A program made the translations under genes and the position numbers. Shown here one piece after another: positions 1 through 6,396 of a DNA stretch of 6,407 nt. This stretch comes from a virus (Duplodnaviria; Heunggongvirae; Uroviricota; Caudoviricetes): positions 1 to 6,407 of the IMG/VR virus record IMGVR_UViG_648276668_000001; one strand, written 5' to 3'. How positions within the stretch are numbered: position 1 is the stretch's first letter; each line of letters begins with the position of its first letter. The notes below the pieces were generated by a model. The model was not told where the DNA came from, searched no databases, and saw only the letters and a program-made list of their open reading frames with translations.

Positions 1-2
1 TT

Positions 3-2108
3 GGCTGTACCAGCCGGGGGCAGGCACACCGCGCCGGGCTGTGGCTGATTAAAACGGAACTGCTGGAGACGCAGACCGTGGATTTCAGCGTGGGTGCTGA
101 AGGGCTTCGCCATGTACCGGGCGATGTCATTGAAATCTGCGATGATGACTATGCCGGTATCAGCACCGGTGGTCGCGTGCTGGCGGTGAACAGCCAGACC
201 CGGACGCTGACGCTCGACCGTGAAATCACGCTGCCATCCTCCGGCACCACGCTGATAAGCCTGGTTGACGGTGAGGGTAATCCGGTCAGCGTGGAGGTCC
301 AGTCCGTCACCGACGGCGTGAAGGTGAAAGTGAGCCGTGTTCCTGACGGCGTTGCTGAATACAGCGTGTGGGGGCTGAAGTTGCCGACGTTGCGCCAGCG
401 CCTGTTCCGCTGCGTGAGTATCCGTGAGAACGACGACGGCACGTATGCCATCACTGCCGTGCAGCATGTACCGGAGAAAGAGGCCATCGTGGATAACGGG
501 GCGCACTTTGACGGCGACCAGAGCGGCACGGTGAATGGTGTCACGCCGCCAGCGGTGCAGCACCTGACTGCCGAAGTCACCGCAGACAGCGGGGAATATC
601 AGGTACTGGCCCGCTGGGACACGCCGAAGGTGGTGAAGGGCGTGAGCTTCCTGCTTCGCCTGACCGTGGCAGCGGACGACGGCAGTGAGCGGCTGGTCAG
701 CACGGCCCGGACGACGGAAACCACATACCGCTTCACGCAACTGGCGCTGGGGCGTTACACGCTGACAGTCCGGGCGGTAAATGCGTGGGGGCAGCAGGGC
801 GATCCGGCATCGGTATCGTTCCGGATTGCGGCACCGGCAGCGCCTGTCACTATTGAACTGATACCAGGGTATTTTCAGATAACAGCGGTCCCGAAACTGG
901 CTGTATATGACCCGACGGTGCAGTTTGAGTTCTGGTTCTCGGAAAAGCGGATTACCGATATCAGGCAGGTTGAAACCAGCGCGCGTTATCTTGGTACGGC
1001 GCTGTACTGGATAGCCGCCAGTAGCAATATTAAGCCGGGTTATGATTATTACTTTTATATCCGCAGCGTGAACACTGTTGGTAAATCGGCATTTGTGGAG
1101 GCCGTCGGTCGGGCGAGCGATGATGCGGAAGGTTATCTGAATTTTTATAAAGGGTTGATCAATAAAACGCATCTCGGCAAGGAACTGCTGGAAAACTTTG
1201 AGCTGACGGAAGATAACGCCAGCAAACTGGAGGAGTTTTCGAAAGAGTGGAAGGACGCTAACGATAAATGGAATGCCATGTGGGGCGTCAAAATTGAGCA
1301 GACCAAAGACGGCAAACATTATGTCGCGGGTATTGGCCTCAGCATGGAGGATACGGAGGAAGGCAAACTGAGCCAGTTCCTGGTTGCCGCTAACCGTATC
1401 GCGTTTATTGACCCGGCAAACGGGAATGAAACGCCGATGTTTGTGGCGCAGGGCAACCAGATATTCATGAACGAAGTGTTCCTGAAGTATCTGACGGCTC
1501 CCACCATTACCAGCGGCGGTAATCCTCCGGCATTTTCCCTGACACCGGACGGGCGGCTGACGGCGAGAAATGCTGATATCAGCGGTAACGTGAATGCGAA
1601 CTCCGGGACGCTCAATAATGTCACGGTAAATGAAAACTGTACGATTAAGGGCATGCTGGAGGCGAACCAGGTCAGAGGTGACTTCGTTAAAACTGTATCC
1701 AAATCATTCCCGAAAAAGGCTGGTACGTGGGGTAACACGGAAACACCAAACGGGACGGTTACAGTCACCATTTACGATGATCATAACTTTGACCGCCAAA
1801 TCATTATTCCGCCCATTATTTTTAACGGTGTGGCGTATGACGATCCGGGGAGCGGTAATAACCCGGGAGGTACGCGATACACGGGTTATGGTTTTGAAGT
1901 TCGCAAAAATGGCGTATTAATCGCATCCAGAGAAACTAAAGGAGCCATTCCCGGTAGTTACAGTGCGGTTATTGATATGCCGAGTGGTGGTGGTAACGTC
2001 ACTCTGGAGTTTAAGATTTTCCAGAAAGGCAATCAGGGCGCAGGTAACATCACAGACTGTACGGTGATTGTGACCAAAAAAGCTGCTTCCGGTATCAGTA
2101 TCCGTTGA
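3..2108 (+). CDS. J: Host-specificity / tail-tip protein (lambda J-like), C-terminal ~700 codons; 5'-partial, gene continues upstream of the window
   Basis: The reading frame is open from position 3 with no stop until TGA at 2106-2108. The provided ORF (78..2108) starts at an internal GTG, but translation of bases 3-77 gives [26 protein letters not shown], continuous with it. From memory, the [51 protein letters not shown] stretch matches lambda J. Two fibronectin-III-like segments are present (e.g. ...[32 protein letters not shown]...), followed by a distal C-terminal domain that in J-type proteins carries receptor specificity. Confidence 0.9.
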   Translation, partial: GCTSRGQAHRAGLWLIKTELLETQTVDFSVGAEGLRHVPGDVIEICDDDYAGISTGGRVLAVNSQTRTLTLDREITLPSSGTTLISLVDGEGNPVSVEVQSVTDGVKVKVSRVPDGVAEYSVWGLKLPTLRQRLFRCVSIRENDDGTYAITAVQHVPEKEAIVDNGAHFDGDQSGTVNGVTPPAVQHLTAEVTADSGEYQVLARWDTPKVVKGVSFLLRLTVAADDGSERLVSTARTTETTYRFTQLALGRYTLTVRAVNAWGQQGDPASVSFRIAAPAAPVTIELIPGYFQITAVPKLAVYDPTVQFEFWFSEKRITDIRQVETSARYLGTALYWIAASSNIKPGYDYYFYIRSVNTVGKSAFVEAVGRASDDAEGYLNFYKGLINKTHLGKELLENFELTEDNASKLEEFSKEWKDANDKWNAMWGVKIEQTKDGKHYVAGIGLSMEDTEEGKLSQFLVAANRIAFIDPANGNETPMFVAQGNQIFMNEVFLKYLTAPTITSGGNPPAFSLTPDGRLTARNADISGNVNANSGTLNNVTVNENCTIKGMLEANQVRGDFVKTVSKSFPKKAGTWGNTETPNGTVTVTIYDDHNFDRQIIIPPIIFNGVAYDDPGSGNNPGGTRYTGYGFEVRKNGVLIASRETKGAIPGSYSAVIDMPSGGGNVTLEFKIFQKGNQGAGNITDCTVIVTKKAASGISIR

Positions 2109-2129
2109 AATATTTATAACCCCAATACG

Positions 2130-2155
2130 GGCGCCAGAAATGGCGCCTTTTTTAT
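2130..2155 (+). terminator. Rho-independent terminator between J and stf
   Basis: Perfect 7-bp GC-rich stem GGCGCCA (2130-2136) / TGGCGCC (2141-2147) with a GAAA tetraloop, immediately followed by TTTTTTATTT (2148-2157). It lies 22 nt after the J stop. Confidence 0.6.
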
Positions 2156-2168
2156 TTGTGGAGTGAGT

Positions 2169-4541
2169 ATGGCAGTACAGATTTCAGGTGTGCTGAAAGA
2201 TGGTGCGGGAAAACCAATACAGAACTGCACTATTCAACTGAAGGCAAAGCGTAACAGCACCACGGTACTGGTGAACACGGTGGCCTCTGAAAATCCGGAT
2301 GAAGCCGGGCGTTACAGCATGGATGTTGAGTATGGCCAGTACAGCGTTATCCTGCTGGTTGAAGGTTTTCCGCCTTCACATGCCGGAACCATTACCGTCT
2401 ATGAAGGTTCCAGACCAGGTACGCTGAATGATTTTCTCGGTGCCATGACGGAAGATGATGTCATGCCGGAGGCATTGCGTCGTTTTGAGGCAATGGTGGA
2501 AGAAGCGGCACGCAACGCTGAAGCCGCCTTTCAGAGCGCAGCGGCGGCAAAGAAATCCGAAGCTGCTGCGGCATCATCGAAGAACGCGGCGAAAAGCTCA
2601 GAAACGAATGCAGCTAACAGCGCACAGGCGGCAGCGGCCTCACAGACTGCATCGGCAAACTCCGCGACAGCAGCCCAAAAATCAGAAGCCAACGCGAAAA
2701 ATAGCGAAACAGCCGCAAAGACGAGTGAAACCAACGCGAAGTCCAGCCAGACGGCAGCGAAAACCAGCGAAACGAATGCCAAAGTCAGTGAAACTGCAGC
2801 GAAAAACAGCCAGGCTGCAGCAGCTGAAAGCGAGAGCGCAGCAGCCGGTTCTGCGACTTCAGCAGCTGGATCAGCAACTGCTGCGGCTAACAGCCAGAAA
2901 GCTGCGAAGGCGAGCGAAACTAACGCAAAGTCCAGCCAGACGGCAGCGAAGACCAGCGAAACGAATGCCAAAGCCAGCGAAACTGCGGCGAAAAGCAGTC
3001 AGGATGCAGCAGCCGAAAGCGAGAGTGCTGCAGCTGGTTCTGCAAGCGCGGCGGCTGCTTCTGCCACTGCATCAGCTAACAGTCAAAAAGCAGCAAAAAC
3101 CAGTGAAACCAACGCAAAGGTGAGCGAAACAGCGGCTGCGAACTCAGCGAAAGCATCGGCAGCAAGCCAGACGGCAGCTAAAGCAAGCGAAGATGCAGCC
3201 AGAGAGTACGCAAGCCAGGCTGCGGAGCCGTATAAATATGTCTTACAGCCGCTGCCTGATGTGTGGATACCATTTAACGATTCGCTGGATATGATTACGG
3301 GCTTTTCGCCGTCATATAAAAAGATTGTTATTGGTGATGATGAAATAACGATGCCTGGCGACAAGGTTGTTAAGTTTAAACGCGCATCGAAAGCAACCTA
3401 TATTAATAAATCTGGTGTGCTGACAGAGGCTGCCATTGACGAGCCACGGTTTGAACGTGATGGCCTGCTTATTGAGGGGCAAAGAACGAACTACATGCTC
3501 AATTCGGAAAGCCCTGCCAGTTGGGGGCGATCGTCAAATATGGATGTGCCCGAAACCGGGACGGATAGTTTTGGTTTTACCTATGGAAAGTTTGTCTGTA
3601 ACGATTCTCTGATTGGGCAAACCTCAGCCATTAATATGGCATCAATTGCTGCAACAAAGTCAGTTGATGTCTCAGGCGATAATAAACACGTGACAACCTC
3701 ATGTCGTTTTAAAACAGAACTGCAGGTAAGGTTGCGTATCCGGTTTGATAAATATGACGGTAGCGCAACAACTTTTCTTGGTGATGCGTATATTGATACA
3801 CAAACGCTTGAAATTAATATGACAGGCGGTGCTGCCTCAAGGATTACAGCGAGAGTCAGAAAGGACGAAGCTACCGGATGGATTTTTGCAGAGGCAACAA
3901 TTCAGGCAATTGATGGGGAGTTAAAAATAGGTTCTCAGATACAGTATTCTCCTAAGCAGGGCGGGGCAACCGTATCTGGTGACTATATTTATCTGGCCAC
4001 CCCACAAGTAGAAAATGGGCCTTGTGTATCATCTTTTATTATATCAGGAACGACGGCGGCGACCCGCGCAAGCGATATAGTTACAGTTCCAATTAAGAAT
4101 AATCTTTATAATCTTCCTTTTACGGTTCTTTGTGAGGTACATAAGAACTGGTATAAAACGCCAAATGCAGCGCCGCGTGTTTTTGACACCGGCGGTCATC
4201 AAACCGGAGCGGCTATTATTCTTGGCTTCGGTTCTTCAGCAGATTACGACGGATTTCCTTATTGCGATATTGGAGGAGCTAACAGACGGGTAAACGAAAA
4301 CGCATCGCTTGAAAAAATGGTTATGGGGATGCGTGTAAAGTCAGATCAGTCTACGTGCTCAGCAAGTAACGGGCGTATATCCAGCGAAACAAAAACCACA
4401 TGGTCCTGTATTCAGAACACCGCAATTATCCGTATTGGAGGCCAGACTACAGCCGGGTTACGTCATTTATTTGGTCATGTCAGGAATTTCAGAATATGGC
4501 ACAAGGCATTGACTGATGCTCAGGTGGGGGAGTCAATCTAA
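2169..4541 (+). CDS. stf: Side tail fibre protein (Stf-like), mosaic: lambda-Stf-like N-terminus, repetitive Ala-rich shaft, distal domain ending in a LamG/concanavalin-like motif
   Basis: The provided ORF starts at GTG 2163, but ATG 2169 is preferred: GGAG at 2160-2163 sits 5 nt upstream, and the product then begins MAVQISGVLKDGAGKPIQNCTIQLKAKRNSTTVLVNTVASENPDEAGRYSMDVEYGQYSVILLVEGFPPSHAGTITVYEGS, which I recognise from memory as the lambda Stf N-terminus. Residues ~120-350 are A/S/T/K/E/N-rich tandem repeats. The distal ~440 residues are different in character and lower in GC, ending ...IIRIGGQTTAGLRHLFGHVRNFRIWHKALTDAQV, which resembles the C-terminal strand motif of LamG_3 / concanavalin-like lectin domains. 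Stop TAA at 4539-4541. Confidence 0.85.
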   Translation: MAVQISGVLKDGAGKPIQNCTIQLKAKRNSTTVLVNTVASENPDEAGRYSMDVEYGQYSVILLVEGFPPSHAGTITVYEGSRPGTLNDFLGAMTEDDVMPEALRRFEAMVEEAARNAEAAFQSAAAAKKSEAAAASSKNAAKSSETNAANSAQAAAASQTASANSATAAQKSEANAKNSETAAKTSETNAKSSQTAAKTSETNAKVSETAAKNSQAAAAESESAAAGSATSAAGSATAAANSQKAAKASETNAKSSQTAAKTSETNAKASETAAKSSQDAAAESESAAAGSASAAAASATASANSQKAAKTSETNAKVSETAAANSAKASAASQTAAKASEDAAREYASQAAEPYKYVLQPLPDVWIPFNDSLDMITGFSPSYKKIVIGDDEITMPGDKVVKFKRASKATYINKSGVLTEAAIDEPRFERDGLLIEGQRTNYMLNSESPASWGRSSNMDVPETGTDSFGFTYGKFVCNDSLIGQTSAINMASIAATKSVDVSGDNKHVTTSCRFKTELQVRLRIRFDKYDGSATTFLGDAYIDTQTLEINMTGGAASRITARVRKDEATGWIFAEATIQAIDGELKIGSQIQYSPKQGGATVSGDYIYLATPQVENGPCVSSFIISGTTAATRASDIVTVPIKNNLYNLPFTVLCEVHKNWYKTPNAAPRVFDTGGHQTGAAIILGFGSSADYDGFPYCDIGGANRRVNENASLEKMVMGMRVKSDQSTCSASNGRISSETKTTWSCIQNTAIIRIGGQTTAGLRHLFGHVRNFRIWHKALTDAQVGESI
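2724..3135 (+). repeat. In-frame tandem repeat inside stf: two ~189-bp (63-aa) copies plus a partial third, each built from ~42-bp (14-aa) sub-repeats
   Basis: Direct comparison: 2733-2921 (aacgcgaagtccagccagacggcagcgaaaaccagcgaaacgaatgccaaagtcagtgaaactgcagcg...) recurs at 2922-3110 (aacgcaaagtccagccagacggcagcgaagaccagcgaaacgaatgccaaagccagcgaaactgcggcg...) with few substitutions. At protein level TNAKSSQTAAKTSETNAKVSETAAKNSQAAAAESESAAAGSA... is followed by TNAKSSQTAAKTSETNAKASETAAKSSQDAAAESESAAAGSA.... Boundaries are approximate. Confidence 0.8.
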
Positions 4542-4822
4542 TGAAAGATTTAACACTCAAATTTGAAGACAGGGCCGACTTTTCGGCCTTTATGGAGAGT
4601 ATTGGCTATTATGATGACGAGTCGATGCAGGATGATATTCTTATCGACGTGATAGGTAACGCGTACAAAGAAACCGGAGAACTGACTGAAGATGGCGAAC
4701 CGGTATGTGTTAAGGAAGACGGATATTTTGTAAACGTGCGCATCATTAATGATTCGCAAATATCGTCATTATTCGATGAGTACGTGGTTGCTGTTGAGCA
4801 TCAACTTCGTGGCTGGATGTGA
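4541..4822 (+). CDS. Hypothetical 93-aa highly acidic protein, translationally coupled to stf; function unknown (candidate fibre chaperone/adaptor or DNA-mimic-like anti-defence protein)
   Basis: The ATG at 4541-4543 overlaps the stf stop (TAATG). A GGGGGAG Shine-Dalgarno-like stretch (4526-4532) sits 8 nt upstream. The product has 22 Asp+Glu against 7 Lys+Arg by my count (net charge about -15). I recognise no family motif. Confidence 0.6.
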   Translation: MKDLTLKFEDRADFSAFMESIGYYDDESMQDDILIDVIGNAYKETGELTEDGEPVCVKEDGYFVNVRIINDSQISSLFDEYVVAVEHQLRGWM

Positions 4823-4831
4823 GGAAGAAAA

Positions 4832-5872
4832 ATGGCTACATCGACAGTAATTCCTGATGACATCAAAACGCTAAAATCCGACGTTAGCAAATTAAAAAAC
4901 GATCAAGGAAGCTACGCAACAAAATTATATGTAGACAGCAAAGATGAAATCGTTGGTGACTGGTCTGCTTCATGGTATCAGCAGGTATTGCCAACTAGCG
5001 GAGCTATATTTGGGAGAAAACTCCGCTCAACTCACAGGACGGCAGGTGTTGAGGATGCGTATTGCGAACTATACCTCAAAAAATGGATAGACAGTCCAGG
5101 TAACGCAATGGCGCGCCTTAACCTGAACGATAACGGGACAAACATTTGCTGGGACTTTACCAACCTTTATGGCGGTACGATGATTTTTCCCGGTGACAGC
5201 GGATACCTCAAAATGGGTAACTGCCTTATGTCATACAGCAAGCGTGGAAGTAACGCGCTTATTAAATTTGATTACACCGACACATTACAGATCAAATATG
5301 CCAATCATGGGTCAACCATGACATTAAACACACAGGGAACCGCTTATGCTGGTGTTACTGCTCAATTGTGGGGCAACTCCAGCCGTCCTGTTGTTTATGA
5401 AGTCGGTGTTGATGGTGGCGCTTATATGTTCTATGCGCAGAAAAATACCGATAACACCTATATGTTAAGCGTTAATGGTGCATGTCATGCCACAGCATTT
5501 AACCAGCATTCCGACCGGGATCTGAAAGACAACATTCAGGTGATCGATAATGCAACCGACCGCATCCGTAAAATGAACGGCTATACATACACGCTTAAAG
5601 AAAACGGTATGCCCTATGCTGGTGTCATTGCACAGGAAGCTCTGGAAGCAATCCCAGAAGTTGTAGGTTCCGCAATGAAATATCAGGACGGTGCAAGCGG
5701 ATCGGAAGGTGAAGAAGGTGAACGTTATTACACAGTAGATTATTCTGGTGTTACTGGCTTGCTTGTTCAGGTAGCCAGAGAGTCAGACGACAGAATAACA
5801 GCACTGGAAGAAGAAAATGCAGAATTAAAACAAAGATTATCTGCAATTGAGGCGACGCTTGCGTCTAAATAA
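4832..5872 (+). CDS. Short tail-fibre/tailspike-like protein with a C-terminal intramolecular chaperone (peptidase S74-type) autoproteolytic domain
   Basis: GAGGAAG lies 5 nt upstream of ATG 4832. The C-terminal ~120 residues, HSDRDLKDNIQVIDNATDRIRKMNGYTYTLKENGMPYAGVIAQEALEAIPEVV...YYTVDYSGVTGLLVQVARESDDRITALEEENAELKQRLSAIEATL, carry the hallmarks of the self-cleaving chaperone domain seen in endosialidase tailspikes and T5 L-shaped fibre: SD..LK.NI at the predicted cleavage site (Ser227, codon 5510-5512), GVIAQE...PEVV, and a terminal coiled-coil-like segment. The N-terminal ~226 residues would be the mature product. GC is low. Confidence 0.8.
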   Translation: MATSTVIPDDIKTLKSDVSKLKNDQGSYATKLYVDSKDEIVGDWSASWYQQVLPTSGAIFGRKLRSTHRTAGVEDAYCELYLKKWIDSPGNAMARLNLNDNGTNICWDFTNLYGGTMIFPGDSGYLKMGNCLMSYSKRGSNALIKFDYTDTLQIKYANHGSTMTLNTQGTAYAGVTAQLWGNSSRPVVYEVGVDGGAYMFYAQKNTDNTYMLSVNGACHATAFNQHSDRDLKDNIQVIDNATDRIRKMNGYTYTLKENGMPYAGVIAQEALEAIPEVVGSAMKYQDGASGSEGEEGERYYTVDYSGVTGLLVQVARESDDRITALEEENAELKQRLSAIEATLASK

Positions 5873-5878
5873 TATTAA

Positions 5879-5898
5879 GGGGCCGAGCGCCCCGTTTT
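5879..5898 (+). terminator. Probable intrinsic terminator after the S74-domain gene
   Basis: GGGGC (5879-5883) / GCCCC (5889-5893) stem with a 5-nt loop, followed by GTTTTATT. The stem is short, so this is a weak-to-moderate call. Confidence 0.45.
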
Positions 5899-5914
5899 AT
5901 TGGGTAGGATGAAA

Positions 5915-6208
5915 ATGGATATAACACCTTTCCTTCATGCACTTTGTGCTGTGGCTGCGCAGGTACTGGTTGGTCTTTTTACCGGAAACTGGGCTTACGG
6001 GGCGATAGCCGGTTGTACGTTCTTCATTGCTCGTGAACATACCCAGGCAGAATATCGCTGGATTGAAATGTTCGGGCATGGCAAGCGTATGAATATGCCG
6101 TGGTGGGGTGGTTTTGATCCGCGCGTGTGGGATGTGGCAAGCCTGATGGATTTTTCTGTGCCGGTGGTGGCGTGTCTGCTGGTCTGGCTGTTGGTTAATC
6201 GTGGGTGA
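5915..6208 (+). CDS. Small hypothetical integral membrane protein (~98 aa, three predicted transmembrane helices)
   Basis: The provided ORF (5900..6208) starts at TTG. ATG 5915 is preferred because AGGA at 5906-5909 sits 5 nt upstream; ATG 5909 is an alternative. Three hydrophobic segments: ITPFLHALCAVAAQVLVGLFTG, WAYGAIAGCTFFIA and VASLMDFSVPVVACLLVWLLV. No lipobox and no recognisable catalytic motif. Stop TGA at 6206-6208. Confidence 0.55.
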   Translation: MDITPFLHALCAVAAQVLVGLFTGNWAYGAIAGCTFFIAREHTQAEYRWIEMFGHGKRMNMPWWGGFDPRVWDVASLMDFSVPVVACLLVWLLVNRG

Positions 6209-6218
6209 AAAAAGGTGA

Positions 6219-6347
6219 GCTGTATATGCAACGGAGGAAGAAACCTCGCTGCTGGAAGCCTGGAAAAAGTATCGGGTGTTGCTGAACCGTGTTGATACAT
6301 CAACTGCACCTGATATTGAGTGGCCTACGAACCCTGTCAGGGAGTAA
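6219..6347 (+). pseudogene. tfa: Remnant of a tail-fibre assembly gene (tfa): conserved C-terminal ~40 codons only, no start codon
   Basis: The frame opens directly after an in-frame TGA (6216-6218) and reads [42 protein letters not shown], ending at TAA 6345-6347. From memory, [30 protein letters not shown] is the conserved C-terminal motif of lambda-type Tfa proteins. There is no ATG/GTG/TTG in frame and no N-terminal ~150 codons. It is absent from the ORF track because it is short and start-less. Confidence 0.7.
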
Positions 6348-6362
6348 TCATTGGGGATTATG

Positions 6363-6396
6363 CCGCAGAAACGTTGTATGCAATAACGTTCTGCGG
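6363..6396. repeat. Imperfect inverted repeat / hairpin (12 bp stem with one bulge, 9-nt loop) just downstream of the tfa remnant
   Basis: CCGCAGAAACGTT (6363-6375), loop GTATGCAAT, then AACGTTCTGCGG (6385-6396). No T-run follows on either strand, so it is not a classical intrinsic terminator. It may be a protein-binding site or part of an element continuing beyond the window. Confidence 0.4.

Noticed and set aside
78-80. GTG at 78 as the start of the first ORF
   Set aside because: The frame is open back to position 3 and the upstream translation continues the J-like sequence, so the gene is 5'-truncated by the window edge rather than starting here.
149-580. Minus-strand 143-aa ORF inside J
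   Set aside because: Antisense to a well-supported J coding frame in GC-rich DNA; no independent signal.
1319-1771. Minus-strand 150-aa ORF inside J
   Set aside because: Same reasoning: embedded antisense in J, no start context.
1630-1920. Alternative-frame + strand 96-aa ORF inside J
   Set aside because: Out-of-frame overlap with J; the composition looks like frame-shifted coding sequence.
2163-2165. GTG at 2163 as the stf start
   Set aside because: It overlaps the GGAG Shine-Dalgarno sequence; ATG 2169 has correct spacing and gives the MAVQISGVLKDG N-terminus typical of Stf.
2531-2971. Minus-strand ORF (146 aa, Ala/Phe/Leu-rich) antisense to the stf repeats
   Set aside because: Low-complexity antisense artefact of the codon repeat; no start context, and fully overlapped by stf.
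2455-3123. Alternative-frame + strand ORF (222 aa, Arg/Lys/Gln-rich) overlapping stf
   Set aside because: It lies entirely within the Ala-rich tandem-repeat region of stf. A GC-rich repetitive sequence gives open frames in several phases; the stf frame is continuous with recognisable N- and C-terminal domains.
2724-3135. Possible CRISPR-like array because of regular direct repeats
   Set aside because: The repeats are 189 bp, contiguous with no spacers, in-frame and coding within stf; they are protein tandem repeats, not a CRISPR array.
3083-3364. Minus-strand 93-aa ORF antisense to stf
   Set aside because: Half of it is the antisense of the Ala-rich repeat; no Shine-Dalgarno sequence, and fully inside stf.
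4550-4759. Minus-strand 69-aa ORF opposite the 93-aa acidic ORF
   Set aside because: The + strand ORF has a Shine-Dalgarno sequence and translational coupling to stf; the minus ORF has neither.
5897-6309. Two minus-strand ORFs (60 aa and 104 aa) overlapping the membrane ORF and tfa remnant
   Set aside because: The + strand readings give a coherent three-helix membrane protein and a recognisable Tfa C-terminal motif; the minus ORFs lack Shine-Dalgarno sequences and are Arg/Ser/His/Pro-rich, as expected of antisense noise.
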